Origin: Chrysomallon squamiferum
Taxonomy: Eukaryota > Animalia > Mollusca
Assembly: GCA_012295275.1 (NCBI GenBank)
Contig: CM022679.1
Location: forward strand, 2,418,001 to 2,482,000
Reading direction: 5' to 3'
DNA: 64,000 bases
Shown: positions 1 to 15,015 of the stretch, one piece after another
Layout of the letters: each line of letters starts with the position of its first letter
Position numbering within the stretch: position 1 is the first letter of the stretch
The notes under the pieces: model-generated
What the model saw: the letters and a program-made list of their open reading frames with translations, nothing else
Told to the model about the DNA's origin: nothing
The model's database searches: none
Position numbers and translations under genes: made by a program

Positions 1-411
1 GACAGACACTAATCAGACTGAGACATTTACTTAAGTCTTTCCAGACAGTCCAAGGATCGATTGACTGGAAACAGTTCAACTGTCTTCATCTTTGATTTAA
101 AGTTTGATCATTTGAATTGTTTTTATTCCAGTAACTTAATACTTTGTTAAGCCAATGAAACCATGCAGAACAACCACCAGATGGTTTTGGAAATTATAGG
201 CTTTGTAATAAATGAATAGAGATAAAATATTCACAGACATAAATAACAATAGAAAATAAGAACAAGGCTTACAGTAATGTTAGTAATGGATATTTTGTCT
301 AATGCAGCTAAACTAACTATTCATCTTTTTGGGTTAATTTGTAAATAGTTAAATATAAAATTATTGTTCTATAATATTTAAAAAAACTACTGTATTATTA
401 GTAATATTATT

Positions 412-442
<31 letters not shown>

Positions 443-724
443 TATGACAAGCAAATTACACAAATATTTAAAAATAAACATATCCAGGATATAATGCAAA
501 TGTTGACAAAGCTTTCTTCAAAATTGGTTACACAAATTAATGTCCATAAGACTTAATCTACCACTAAACTGACCTAACACAGTTGACCTTCTCCTAAAAT
601 ATTTATTTAGCAGAAAATCTATGATTCATAAGCTACAACAAACAGTATGTAAACAGATCTTTTCTTAAAATATTTATAACTTAAGCAGTCTAACAAGGAC
701 TTAATAATTCTATAGAAGTAACAT

Positions 725-1095
725 AATACAGTCTAGCACATGTACTTAATCAGTCCAATGAATTGACACAATCTAGCACTTGTATTTAACTAGTCCACAA
801 AACTGACTTAATACAGTCTAGTGTATGTACTACAAAACTGACCTAACAGTCTAGTGTATATACTTAACCAGTCCACAGAAATGACATAATACAGTCTAGT
901 GTATGTACTTAACCAGTCCACAGAACTGACATAATACAGTCTAGTGTATGTACTTAACCAATTCACAGAAATGACGTAATACAGTCTAGTGTATGTACTT
1001 AACCAGTCTGCAGAATTGTAATAATACAGTCTACCACATGTACTAGTCTGTCCACAGAATTGACATAATACAGTCTAGTGTATGTACTTAACTAC
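725..1095. repeat. 45-bp minisatellite, ~8 copies
   Basis: Unit acagtctagtgtatgtacttaaccagtccacagaactgacataat at 891, 936, 981, 1026... Confidence 0.9.
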
Positions 1096-1284
1096 TCCAC
1101 TTTGGACACTTGTGATAAAAGCAGGAATCCTGGCCAAACTTTCAATCTCAGAGAGAAACTACTTCCTGCATTTTACAATTGTCCTTGACTAAGACTGAAA
1201 TAAATACATTTATGTTTCCTGTAACACAACACTGTGTTAACACTTTCCTTTTTGTCACAGGTTAGATTAGTCATACACTAGCAA

Positions 1285-1285
<1 letters not shown>

Positions 1286-1339
<54 letters not shown>

Positions 1340-1550
1340 CATGTACATGAACAGAGACATATAGACACACAAACACACATACATGAACAGAGAAACACAC
1401 ATATATGCATATGTATGCATGCATATACTACATATACACACATAAACATACAAACATATACATTCACACACACACATACACACAATGTACATACATATGC
1501 AGACACACATATGCAGACACACATATACACACACAATGTACACATACATA
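1286..1550. repeat. (CA)n/(CATA)n compound microsatellite
   Basis: Direct reading. Confidence 0.9.
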
Positions 1551-1893
1551 TCTAGCCAGAGCTCAGTGACTCATTTATTAAACATCATTCTATATATCTT
1601 CCTGTTAAAGGGTGGGTATATATAAAAAAAATCCTTTGACACTGATAACAGCAAACCAAGGGAAAATGACAGCAGTTTTTTTTATCTTTTGTTATTATTT
1701 TATTGTTGTTATTATTGTTGTTGTTGTTATTATTATTGTTGTTATTATTATTTTTATTATATTTATTTTATTATAACTATTACTGCTACTAGCACTACTT
1801 TATCATTAACACTATTATTATTATTATATTTATCATCACTATTATTATTGTTATTATTGTTATTGTTCTTGTTATTATTAACAGTATTATTAC

Positions 1894-1935
<42 letters not shown>

Positions 1936-3159
1936 ATTATCTAAATTATATCTGAAACACAGCACTTACACCTAATAATCACCAACATGTTAAAAAAAAA
2001 GAATGTGTTTATATAAAAACTTCATTTATTCATTTAGTTACATGATTAACAAACTGTGAGAAAACTAAATCAGCTGACATTCCTTCAGTGACCACAACCC
2101 ACCAGGACAGCCGCATGACAACGCTAACGATGATGATGATGTAGTATCTATTACTACTCCTGTCACAGTGACTCATGCTGGACTTGGAAGGAAACAGAAT
2201 TAATTGACTGCACGTATTGTGAAAATAATTACTTCATTTTATTTTCTAAGTGTCAAATTCATCTCCTGCTGGCTGTAGATTGGTGTAATACAAAAATAAT
2301 TGATTTGTTTTTTGTTTTTTTTAAAGATGAAGAAGAAGAAAAAAGATTTATGGATTTCAATTATGAGAGTGTACAGCTGTTAGTAATATATCTGGTTAGA
2401 TCAATATATTTGAAGAGTGTGTTTATGCATGTTTAGTAATGTATATAAACATGTGTGTATATATAAAAATGTGTATACACACAAACAAATACACACACAC
2501 ACTTAATGGATAAATGGATGGAATGATGGATGGATGGATATGTGTTTGTATATTAATATATGTATGCATATATGTGTATGTATGTATTTCTGTGTTTGAG
2601 TATAAGTATGTGTGCGTGCGTGTGTGTGCATATGTGCTTTGTGTGTTTGTGTGTGCATATGAGTATGCATATACAGCTGTAGTTAGTCAGTAGGTGTGAA
2701 TATATGCACGTCTGTGTGTGTGTGTGTGTGTTCTGTCAGTGAGTTATTTTAAAATATGCAGTAATGAGATGAATACTGTTACAAGCACCACAGTGTGTGA
2801 CCTTCATGTTCAACACTGGAATTGTTTTAGTTTAGTCTGGATTATGCAGTTATGTCTGTAACTGTTCTTTTAAAGTCTTTCCTATGTGTTTACCTTGCTA
2901 TGCAAATATCTCTTCAAGTTATTGCAGGAGTAACCACTCTTTCCAGTTCAAGCCAGTATCCATAATTAATATATAAAAGTCTAGATTACATGTTTTTTTA
3001 TTTATGAAAATGTACTTATAATATATATATATATTAAAGATGTAATAAAATATTTGATAGCATTGAAGCTGTGTCACTGGGTTTTTTCATTATCAAAATA
3101 CATCATGTTGATATGTAATAACTGTCAACACCTTAACATCTCTCTTTCTCTCTCTCTTT

Positions 3160-3199
<40 letters not shown>

Positions 3200-5460
3200 A
3201 TGTATAGATATACAGATACATACATATTATGTATTACCATATCATTTTATGTCTGAATATCTATAAATATCTGTGTACATCTATCTAGTCATATATGTTT
3301 ATGTATGTGAATATGATGTCTCTGGTACACCAGTGTCAGGAATGTTTTTTTATTCACTGGATGTGTGGGATGTTGACAAAATGATTATCAACAAAGCTCA
3401 CTTCTTGTCAGCAAACATTTATCAAACAGAGGAGTTTTCAAACATCAACTCGACCAGCAGACTGCCCTGCTCAGCAGTGTCTAAAAACTGTGTGTGTGTA
3501 TGTATTCATGTATGTGTGTGTATGTTTATGTGTGTGTATGTATGTATGTGTGGATGTGTTTGTGTGTTTATGTGTGTATTTATGTATGTGTGTGTGTGTG
3601 TGTGTGTTTATGTATGTATGTATGTATGTGTATTTATGAACATATGTATGTATGTAGGTAAGTAAGTATATGTGTATATGTTTGTTAATGTAAATATGAA
3701 TGTACTTGTGTGTGTGTGTATATATATATATATATACAAATACATGCAGATATGTGAATACACACATACCCACATACATGCACATATGTGTGTTAGAGGA
3801 TTAGAGAGAAATGAGGGGTTAGTTGTCTTGTGTCTGTCTAATCATTACTTTGAACAGCCAAATGCAGTGATATTTGACCCCAGTACCTACCAGTGTTAAT
3901 GTTATGGGTTATCCTTACAGATAATGATGAAAGAAATTCACTGCCATCATGCAGTGAACTATACCAGTGAGCTTTTCAACAAGACAGGGAAACACATACC
4001 ACACATTTTTGACAATCCAGTCATTGGATCATGTGACACAGACCTGAGGGTTTAATTACTGAGGTGGATTACATAATTTTCGTGTCCAGTGTTGTATAAA
4101 TAGCACCAAGCTCCAGTTTAAATTTACAACATGGACGTTAAATGTCACCATTTTTCAGAATCAGCTAATGTTTACATCGCGACATGAAAACAAACACACT
4201 CAGCAAAATGTCAGATATAATGATGACAAATATTCATGAGTGGTAATGTAGTAATGAAGTCAGAATAATAATAATAATGTAAGAAACAGCCGGAGAGGCA
4301 GACAAACAGAGGTACACTTACAGGACATAGAAAAAACAAAAAACAGTGGACAGAGAAACAGACAGACAGACAAACAGACAAAGAAAAATAAACATATAGT
4401 AAAGAGAAGTAACAGAAAACTGAAAAATAATTTGAGAAACAATAAAAAAAAAAAAAAAAAAAATTATTTTTATTAAATTATGTCTGAAACTGGAAAAGCT
4501 GCATGCGACTGCATGTCATTTTTAAAATATTTGTGGTAATGAATGTTTCATGAGTTTTTCCTATTGGACTGTCACAGACCGGAACAACAAATACATCACA
4601 GTAATGTGTAAATATGTCAGTGTGTGTTATTAGAAGTTTCTGCTGTATTATTAAACTACCACAGTGTTAATTAATAATGTAAACTCTCTGCACTGCACAA
4701 TCCTGTGTTAATATCCCCTGACCTGGGTCATCTGGACCTAAGAAGAAATCTTACAGAGTGGTTTTATACAAGTGATTTGATAATGAACAGGATGGCACCA
4801 ATGTAAACAGTTATTAATGTTATCACTGGTATAAACTTGATTTAGTTTAAATAAAACTCAGTTGTAATAACACTGACTGAGTTTCACATACAAAACACAG
4901 TGTTACATCATCAGATCAGTTTTATTTGTTGTAATTTTCACTGTTTCCCATTCAAACTCATGCTCCAGATCTGTGTACGTTTATTTTATATGCATTGCTC
5001 ATGTCAGCTGAAATCTTCTCTCAAATTTTGTTATACTGAACAGAAATAACTAACTAACTAAATAAATAAATAAATAATAATTAATAAATCATAAAAATCA
5101 AGTGCTATTTGTACTAAATGTAACTGATAACAAAAACAAAAACAATGAATATTAACACATAGATAATCAATTCTGAAGTTTTATTCAGTAAAATCAGTAA
5201 TGATCATAAACTGTTCAAGAGTTTAGGTTTTACTTTCTTAATAAAATGAGTGTTAAATTAAGTACTGCATAGTTTTATGTTGTTAAAAAAGTGGGTGAGG
5301 TTTGAGGTTTTATCTGCTATCACTGTTTAACCACGCCTATTACAGTTAGGGTCCCTGATGAGTTCAAATCCTATGTCTGTGATATCAAGGGTTTTAAATA
5401 AACTGCACGCTGTTAAGAGTAGATATGGATAATATTTAACATTAAAAAATTCTTCTTGTT

Positions 5461-5543
5461 CATTGGCTCATCAGTCATGGATACATTCTCTGACATCATC
5501 ACATTGTTCTACCTGTCATGTTCATTCAGGTATCCATGACAAC
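5461..5543. promoter_or_regulatory. CCAAT + CRE-like + paired X-box-like module
   Basis: CATTGGCT (5461), TCAGTCATGGATAC (5471), TGACATCA (5491), GTATCCATGACAAC (5530). Confidence 0.45.
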
Positions 5544-7609
5544 ACAGTTTTATCTTTGTAAGTGACAAGTGAAAGTTACAAGCTGCTGAACAAACAACTG
5601 ACTAACAATACTACACCCAGCAGTTATACAAAGCCTGCTAGAGTTACAGAACTTTGACAGCTCTTCAAAGAAAAGTCACTGCACTTGTAAGTAAAGAGAT
5701 AAACAAAGGGAGGATGATGTAAGAGTGGGGGAGGGAGGTGTAGAGTTACAGGTTTCAGTTTCTAAGCAGATGACTTAATGCAACTTGAGTTATTCTGACA
5801 TACAGAAGTTAGATAATCGGATATAAGGAGTCATAAAATTACCTTTAACCTTCATTTTTACTCTGTGTACATTTCATAGAACAGACCAGTTTTACACCAA
5901 AACAAACAAAATGAACTGTTTAATTACATGAAAAAGTACAGGCCTTGTTCATCTAGCTGCATGTAGTAATTACAGAAAGTATGGCTCTATTGTTTATTAA
6001 GAAGTGCAATCATTTCATCTCACTCAGTAGTTTAATTGCATGCAAATTGCCGCTGTTGTTTAAGACTTGATCATACTTGTGAAACTTGTGCTGCTGTTGA
6101 CAATGCTAATTACTACATTCATTTAATTGTTCTTTTGTTGTGGACTTTCAACCTGGAATCCAAAGTAGACTTCATCCAGACTGGACAAGGTTTTCTTCAT
6201 AACAGACTAACAATAGTTGCACAGGACTTTGAAATGTGCAGTTTACTCAGAAATCCGGATTAGTCATAGGCCAGTTTTTGCTCAGTCCATTGTATATATA
6301 TAATGTTTTTTTTACTGTATTGTTTACATTTTATTTCAACCAGCCTGTCTGTACCTGGTTATTAATGGTAATACTGATATTTCAGTGTCATCAGTCTCAC
6401 ATAATTTGAAATACTAACTGTATGACTAATCATTAGCAGCATATGGTCAGAATTTCAAAATAAATGTTACTGTAAAAACAAACAATTTAAAAATATATAT
6501 AATTTATTATTTTAGTTTAAAAAATAAAAAATTAATAAAAATTAATCTTTAATACTCTTAACTGTTATTCTTTCTGTAAACTAGAATAATATATAAATAA
6601 ATTAAAACAAAATCATAAATCATATTAAATTATACATATATGAAATATAGAAAATTAAGATAAAAAAAACCCCTACCAAAAGTGAAGAAAAAAGATGAAT
6701 GAATGAAAAAGACACTGAAACAGAAAGAAAAATATAAAACAACCAAAGACAGAAAACAAAAAAGTAAACAGAAAAATGGAAATGCTGCTATTCATATTTT
6801 TTGCTGCATTTTAAATTCTTAGATTAAAAAAAAAAAAAAGTAAAACAATAAGAAAAATAAGTGTGGTGTTTGAGATAAAAAGTAATAAAAGCTAAATTAA
6901 TATTCATCTGTCTCTCACGAGTAGTAAAATCACAAACATTTACATTAATGGCTTTTTAAGAAACTATAAACTGTATGACAGACTGCTGTAAGGCCACTAA
7001 AAATAATTCTTAAAGTTTAACAAAATGTCTGCAAGCAACTTGAGACAAATGACAAATTATTTAATACTGGATGATTATGTTAATACACAGACAACAAAAT
7101 AAAAAATTAATTTGTTGTTTTATTCCATACATAACATCATCAAAATCATGTTTGTTTGTTAAATATTTATCAAGTACAATATCTTGTAAATTGAAAAATA
7201 AATAATTGTAAGATATAATAAAATTTTATAAAAGTTAAAAAAAAAATATATAAAAAAATAACAACAGTAACTAAAAACAATGGATGAAAATTGAATATTT
7301 AATCTGTTCAGCCTAAATGACTATGTAAGTATTTATAAAACCACACCTAACTAAAGAGTATAGTTTTATTTCCTGACAACCACTTTATTTTCTTGTTTCT
7401 ATTTATATAATTTACTCACAGTAGAAAAGTCTGTGGTATATGTACTAACCCATATGTGAGATAAACCCATGTAAAAAATTATTTCTGTAAATGTAGTGTT
7501 ATTTTCTCAAACAGTGGGTGAGGCAAATCCACTGGTTAAACCTGACATGATTCACAGGCTGTCTATGATCTATTCTTAATTTTCCATTCAAACCACTAAA
7601 CACAGCTCT

Positions 7610-7685
7610 TGTACCAAAGATCTGTGGTATGTACTAACTTGTATGTGTAAAAATGAACTTAAACGCTTCCTTGCTGTTAATGCAG
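7610..7685 (+). mobile_element. SINE core fragment, opposite orientation
   Basis: tgtggtatgtacta...ccttgctgttaat resembles the reverse complement of the 11630 copy. Confidence 0.45.
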
Positions 7686-10139
7686 TGGATTTTCTGTAAA
7701 GATTTACTAAGTATCTGACAACAAAGAGCAGGCAACAGAAAATTATACAAGTTAGACAGTGTGTTGCAATCTTTTTCTGGTGTGCTGACATTAATTTTAA
7801 TGCTGTATAAAATCATTAGTTGTTTTTACAAGATAAGTATACGAAATGTTTCATAAACACAAACACATTCTTAATCAATAATTATATGCACCATGCATAT
7901 AGTTAGCAATGAAGCAAATTACACTGGAAATAAATTCTGCTGCAATCATGTAATGGCTTACTCTTTTTTACACACCAGTTTAAGTGAACACTGAGTTATA
8001 TTTGTGACTGTACATAGTAAACTGAATAAAGAGATAAATCAACACGTGAACCTGTTTTTCAATCTGTTACACCCCTTTCTCTCAGCCAATCTTGTCTTAC
8101 ACAGAAAGAAGTAAGAAAGGGACAAAGTGAAGAGCAAAGGCTGAGGAAAAGGACAAACTGTACACTTAGTAAGATTTACTTGTACCTGTGTGACCAGTGG
8201 TCTTGTGTAAATACTGATTCTCTATACAAGTGATGTGAATCAGAGAAACCAGTTGACATGTTGACATTTGTCCACTGTGTGTAATATATATGAATATAGT
8301 GTGTTTTTATTTGTATGTCTGTGTTTTTGCAGTAAATACACATGTACACTTTCATTTTGTCATGTTTGAAGCCAGATAGTTTGTCTTTCTCTCATCTGCA
8401 CATATACACACTCAATCTCTCTCTCTCTCTCACATACAGAAATATATACCCATCACATTTATACACACAAACATACATACATACATTTATATACACAAAC
8501 ATACATATATGCATACATACACACATGTATATCCTGTCAAAGACCGAAACTCTTACAAATATACACATTTACATACATACACACACATACACACATATCT
8601 CACAAATAAAAATAGAATATAAATGAACTAAACAAAAGAACACACAAACATTTATAATCAACACAAATGCAAAATGAATGAGATAGCAGGAAACTGTTAA
8701 GTGGGAAATCCTTTAGAAAGAGACACACCTCTGTAAACAGGTATCATTAATAAGAGAGGCACTAGAGAAAGAGAAACAGAGACAGTGAGAAAGACAGAGT
8801 CAGAGATGAAAAAAAAAAGAGGCAGAAGAAAGAAAAAAAGTGCTACAGAAAAAGTGAGAAATAAAAGCAGGCAAAAAGACAGAAAGAAAAGAGTAAAAAG
8901 TGGCAGAGAGAAAGAACAAATGACTGAATGTTTAATGACAAGGTAGAGAGAAAGAAAGAGACAGAAAAAAGAGTGAAAGACAGACAGAAAAAAGAAAGGA
9001 GAGGCAGAATGAGAGACTTTTGATATGACTATGTACAAACAGTTTAGAAACTTGTTTATTAAAAAAAGACATTTCAAGTGACACATGCAGAGAAAACATC
9101 TTTAGAAAAGAGATTGCCATTATAGCAACAGATGACATTAGACACAGCAAGTTCTAGTGTACTCAAACATCCACTACAAAATATGTCACTGTCAAATATG
9201 TAATACAAGCAGTATAAAACTGCTGTTATTTACTCAACTGTAGAATATCATCCTGTGTGTTGTTGAAGTGTATTATCTAACATAATCAGCAGGTTAATAG
9301 TTTAACTGTAAACTATCCTGTGTGTTTTCAAGTACACAAACTGTGCAGTTCAAGCTGAAACCCTGTAACTGGTTTATCAAAGCAAATGATACAAGCTTTT
9401 CTGCTTGTAAGAAAATTACTTGTATGTAACTGTTGAGTTGCTGGCATCAAATTTTATCTCTTACATCATCATCCATGTTGACCATTAAATTTTATTTATT
9501 CATCTGTTTCCAAAGTGTGGGTTAAAAGGTTTATTTGTGAGGGATATAAAACACATTATTTTCACCATTCTGATTTGTTCTTGACTTTCATTAAATGCAC
9601 AAATAAATTCTACATATACTGACAGATTCGACATGGTCAGGAAGTTTAAAATGCCACCACACTTTTGATTTATTATTCAATCTGCTCTTTTACTTAAAAT
9701 ATTACAAACAATATTCTGTTTTACCAGTCATCTTGTCATTCATGTTGTCCCAAAATTCCCTGAAACAAGTTAATTCTGTTACATAATAAATTACAACTGA
9801 ATCTTGTCAAACAGTAAATACTCTACTGTATAATGTTCATTTCCTTGTTCTTATTAATGGATACTTTTATAGCTCATCTTTCTCTGAAGAGAATATTAAA
9901 AGTAACTTGATGCCGCAGGCTTTGTTAATATTTCAAAAGCACGTGGCTAAAGATAGCTGCAAACAGATATTTATGAAAAAATAAAAATAGAAATAAATAA
10001 ATTAAATTTTTTTTAAATAAATAAAGAAAAATTTGTATATTTGTTTGTTTAACAGAATCACAGCACCACAACAAAAAAAACATGGTTATTGGGGGAAAAA
10101 AAAAAAAAAAAAAATAGGCATCAACACAACATAATAATA

Positions 10140-10140
10140 A

Positions 10141-10201
<61 letters not shown>

Positions 10202-10247
10202 TTAGTAGTAGTAGTAGTAGTAGTTAGTAGTAGTAGTAGTAGTAGTT

Positions 10248-10282
<35 letters not shown>
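10140..10282. repeat. (TAG)n microsatellite
   Basis: Direct reading. Confidence 0.95.
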
Positions 10283-11629
10283 ACCAAAACCAGAATATAA
10301 TAATAGAAGAAGAAGAAGTAATAATAAATAAAATAAATAAGAAAAGGTTATCACATAAATCAATATATTTATTTTAAAACAAGCCAGAGATCCTGTTTTG
10401 AAGAAAACATTTACACCAGCTTTTACAAATAAACACACACAAACTGCATACAACAAGATATTAAACATCCACAATGGAAATTACACACAGTATATTTCTA
10501 ACAAAACTTGGAGAACTTCCAATGGTGTCAGTCTGACAATACATAAAGGCTAAGGCCAACATGATGTATTTTTGTTGACTAACATCAAGAACACAAGTTA
10601 TATTGTAAGTTTGTTAACTACTCTGACTGACAAAGTAACAGCTGTTCAGACAATCAACTGAGGAAAAAACAAGTATTAGACTATACATTTATTGATTTCA
10701 CTGAAAATAGATTAGCTAATAATACTGAAATACAATTTATTCATGACTGCAGATATAAATCATTTTATTTCATTTAATTGTTGTTAGTATTTAATCATGT
10801 ATGGAGGTAAGGTTCAACTTGGTAGTGGTAGAATGGTCTTTAATAGAAGTGAATCATTTCCTTAATAAATAACTGTAAATGTACATGTGTGTGTATATAT
10901 ATATATATACTAGTTATGGTCCATACAAAGATATCAGATAATCCTGGAGTCTAGTGTCTGCCCCTGTTAGTGAGTTAGAGAAAACAAAGAGGCTACATAT
11001 CACTTGTTAGCTCTGTGTAAAAACTGGTACTAAGATTCAGTCTGTTCGTTAATTATACAGTTAACAGTTTAACATACTAAAAGGTTTGTGACACAGTATT
11101 AAACTCCAGGACAGTGAATCAGTCACAAACATGGTCAACTATTTTCTGAATCCTATCTCCACAGTCTGACCATGAACAGTTTACTGAGTTTATCTGTAAA
11201 AATAAAATTCAGCAAGTTCGTGATGCATCAAAAAAGTCCTATAATCCTGAAGATAAAAAGACCAAGTCTGAATTTTCTGTAACAATATATAGTCACAGCT
11301 GGCCACTTGTAAAAAAGAAAAAGAAAAAGAAAGAATAAAAATGTCTTTGTGACCATATGGTCTTTTGATAAAGGTTAAAGTTTTACTTAAGTAAACTGAA
11401 GAAGTGTGTATACAGACTGCTCTGTTCTATTACTTCATTCTATCTCTCATTCAGGGCATGTTCTTTCCTAAACAATGAACATTACAATGAAGTTAGAAAT
11501 GAAATAAATGTATTTAGTTTAAAGATATCACAAACATTTGTTTTAATACCAGTAGTTACCAAATAAATAGTTTTTGTATAACAATGATTTCACAGAAAAG
11601 AACAGCTTTTGCCAGTCCATGAACTAAAT

Positions 11630-11720
11630 TTGTCAGTTAGCAGCAAGGAATCTTACTTTTTACCTTCTTACAGACAGGATAACACATACCACAGCTTTAA
11701 GCAAACTATTAGTGAGTGCT
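11630..11720 (-). mobile_element. SINE core fragment
   Basis: ttagcagcaaggaatctt...cagacaggataacacataccacagc. Confidence 0.55.
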
Positions 11721-12147
11721 ACAAGTCCTTATCCTGCCTCATGTTAGTCCTATAACCACAGAGTTAACTGCCAAATACCCAGTCTACCTGATCAGTTAGC
11801 AGGTTAGAAAGTTAGTGTGAAATCACTATAAGTTTCCTGTTTCATTTTTCCATTAACAGTAATAATAAAAGTTGTAGCAGAATGCAGAAAATGGTAGACT
11901 GATGTCTCGGTCATAAAACAAACTTCTGACAAAGTGCTTGAAGCCCTCGAGGTAAGACATGTTATAAAGGTTTAAAAACAGTACTTACTGTAATACGCAT
12001 AGCTTTCATGTCTAATTCACTTAAAGCAGCTGTCGAGTTTTCTTAGCAGCTTAGAAACAGTTCACAGAGGAAGATAAAAAACACACAGAGAAAGATACAA
12101 AACATGCAGAGAAAGAGGTAAAGGAAAATGGCAGGAAGTAGAATGAA

Positions 12148-12530
12148 AAACTATGAAATGGAAAATTGGAAAGTATAATTGTGAAATGAAAAATTGTGAA
12201 ATCAGAAATTGGAAAGAAAAGCTATGAAATGGAAAATTAGAAAGAAAAGCTATGAAATAGAAAATTAGAAAGAGAAATTATGAAATAGAAAATTAAAAAG
12301 AGAAACTATGAAATAGAAAATTGTATAGAGAAACAATGAAATAGAAAACTGTTTAGAGAAACTATGATATAGAAATTTGTATAGAGAAACTATGAAATAG
12401 AAAATTGTATAGAGAAACTATGAAATAGATAATTGTATAGAGAAACTACGATATAGAAAATTGTATAGAGAAACTATGAAATAGAAAATTAAGAGAAACT
12501 ATGAAATAAAAAACTGTATAGAGAAACTTA
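12148..12530. repeat. 28-bp minisatellite, ~13 copies
   Basis: Unit agaaactatgaaatagaaaattgtatag. Confidence 0.9.
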
Positions 12531-12920
12531 AAAAGAGAAACTGTCAAATAGAAAATGAGAAAGCTAGGTTAGTGAAAACTTGAAAAAAGTCAACTGTTAT
12601 GAAACAGAAATAATGAAGTAGAGAAAAGGGGAAACAAAAACAATCTAAACAGAACATAAAACACAAACAAAGGACAAAAGATAGTTTCTTACTGCAGAAT
12701 TTTAAAATAAAATAACTGATAAATCAAAATAAGAAAAATAATTCTGTGTATATTTTGATAACTGAACAGTCGTGATATTATTATGAATAACTACTGTCTA
12801 AACGTTAATAATCAGAATTGGTTTCCCTAAAAACAAGGAAAATAAAGAGACAAGAAATAAAAAAAAATAAAAATAAGAAAAAAACGTGAAAGAGAAAAAA
12901 TGAAAGAAAAATAAACTGAC

Positions 12921-12981
12921 GTCTCTGCTATCTTCACAATGCCGATGTTGCTGCTGTTGTGTGCTGGACTAGTTCCAGATG
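12921..12981 (-). other. Candidate exon of a minus-strand transcript
   Basis: Minus-strand acceptor gttgttacag and donor gtcagt; GC-richer than flanks. Confidence 0.4.
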
Positions 12982-13274
12982 CTGTAACAACATACACATC
13001 ATTCCAAAACACTGTTTAATATGTGTCTTGGATATTTTTCAAAAATTACATGCAGAAAAAAAAAAGAAAAAAAGGAAAAAGGACAGAACTTTAAATTTAA
13101 CAGAGTATTTAATGAGTTAATGTGTTTGTTTGTGTTTATATGGATGGATGGATGGATGGTTATCTGTATGTATAGATATATGTATATGTGCATGCATATA
13201 TATGTATGCATGCATGCACATATACACACACACACACACATATTTATGTGCATGTGAATGTGTGCGGGCACACC

Positions 13275-13276
<2 letters not shown>

Positions 13277-13334
<58 letters not shown>
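13277..13334. repeat. (TG)n microsatellite
   Basis: Direct reading. Confidence 0.95.
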
Positions 13335-13337
<3 letters not shown>

Positions 13338-14484
13338 AAAAAGGGTGGTGGGACTTTCATTTTAGTTCAGGAAGAATGGAATTCTGGTTAATTCAAAAAT
13401 AAATCACACTGATTTCTTTGTTCTGCTGCTATCAGTAGGGTTCAGTGTGTTGCCACACACACATTTCAGCAATCTGCTTTGTCTACATTCTGTTACACAA
13501 CACAGTGTGTTCCCCATTCTCTTGGCTTCACAACCTTTCACAACACCACATTCCAGAAAAACCACAGAGGAATACAGTTCATTCATAATGAAACATGGGG
13601 TATTTCACCCTCACCTTTTTTCATGTAGTCTACATCTGCCCTATGTAAAGTCACATGTACAGAACAGATCTTCTTAAATTCCAGAATGAGTGTTTCTAAA
13701 ATTCTAAATCTTGAGATAATACGGTTGTAAGATTTAATAATTCATGGTATGTTCTGACTTATTTAACAACGTTCTTTGAGCTGGAATCAGAACAAGATTT
13801 AAAATGTAATATATGTGATGCCTTGTTTAAAAAGTCAATGCTACATTAACTATATGTGCACCCACCCACATAAACACACACGTATATGAGTAAACAAAAT
13901 GAAAGAAAATATCATGTTATCACAGTCTTTCATAAATCAGTCATGGAGAACTGGTTAGACCTGGAAATGCCCGCAGAACAACACTGAGAAGTACTGATTC
14001 TACATACAAAGTTTTAGAAGATCACACTAACCAGTGGACTATAGTTATGTGCTGCTACATAACTTATTAAATATTTTAATTTAGCCTGGGAATTTATTTT
14101 TATATCTTACACTCATAACTGACACAAAAACACCACAGGCTATGAAAAGTGATAAAATCTGAAAATAATTTTACAGTTAATTAACTTTGTAATAGTAAAT
14201 AATAGTAAGAAATTCATTAGTTAATTACACTTGAGAAAAACATGGGGAAATAAGAAGTAGAATAAAGATAAAAATAAAAACAGAAAAATGGAGAAAAAGT
14301 AAAAAGGAGAGAAAGAAAGAAATGAAAGGGATGAAGATGAATATCGACATATACTGGAAACAGAAACAACACACATAAACACACACATGCATGCATGCAG
14401 GCACATATACATATACATATAAACACGTACACACATACACAAACGCTCACACAGACACACAAATAAAAACACACACATTCTTAC

Positions 14485-14619
14485 AGAGAGAAAATGTAAA
14501 AGACTGTTTCTCCATTACAAATCCATCAAACAACTGCAGAGCAGTGACTGAAGAAAGCTCAAACATCAGACAGACATTTGAAGGAAGTTTGTGATCTACC
14601 AGCAAACAACAGAAGCAAC
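14485..14619 (-). other. Candidate exon (probably 5' UTR) of a minus-strand transcript
   Basis: Minus-strand acceptor tgtgtgttttcacag and donor gtaaga; unique sequence. Confidence 0.4.
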
Positions 14620-14942
14620 CTGTGAAAACACACAAAAATCTCCTCTGACCTTTTGTGTGTTAAAGAAATAAAAACCACAGACTCTTATCAAAATGTGACC
14701 TCTACCTAGCAACCCAGTTCATAAATATCACCGAATAAAGAAATGAATTACTAGTTTATGAACACATCAGAACATGTTAATAACAATTATGTGTGTATTC
14801 TTTTTCCTTTTCGTTCTTTAGTAAAATGCTTGCAGCTTGAAAATGCCAAGCTGAAAAATCTATCTTTCTGACAGTCTGTCTATCTGAATCTACCTGTTTA
14901 TCTATATATCTCTACGTCTGACTTTCTTCTTGTCTATCTGTT

Positions 14943-14944
<2 letters not shown>

Positions 14945-15010
<66 letters not shown>
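14945..15010. repeat. (CT)n microsatellite
   Basis: Direct reading. Confidence 0.95.

Positions 15011-15015
<5 letters not shown>

Noticed and set aside
5341-5420. Hammerhead-ribozyme core CTGATGAG at 5355-5362
   Set aside because: No stem II closure or GAAA follows; the overlapping gagttcaaatcc could equally be a B box. At most a deleted repeat remnant.
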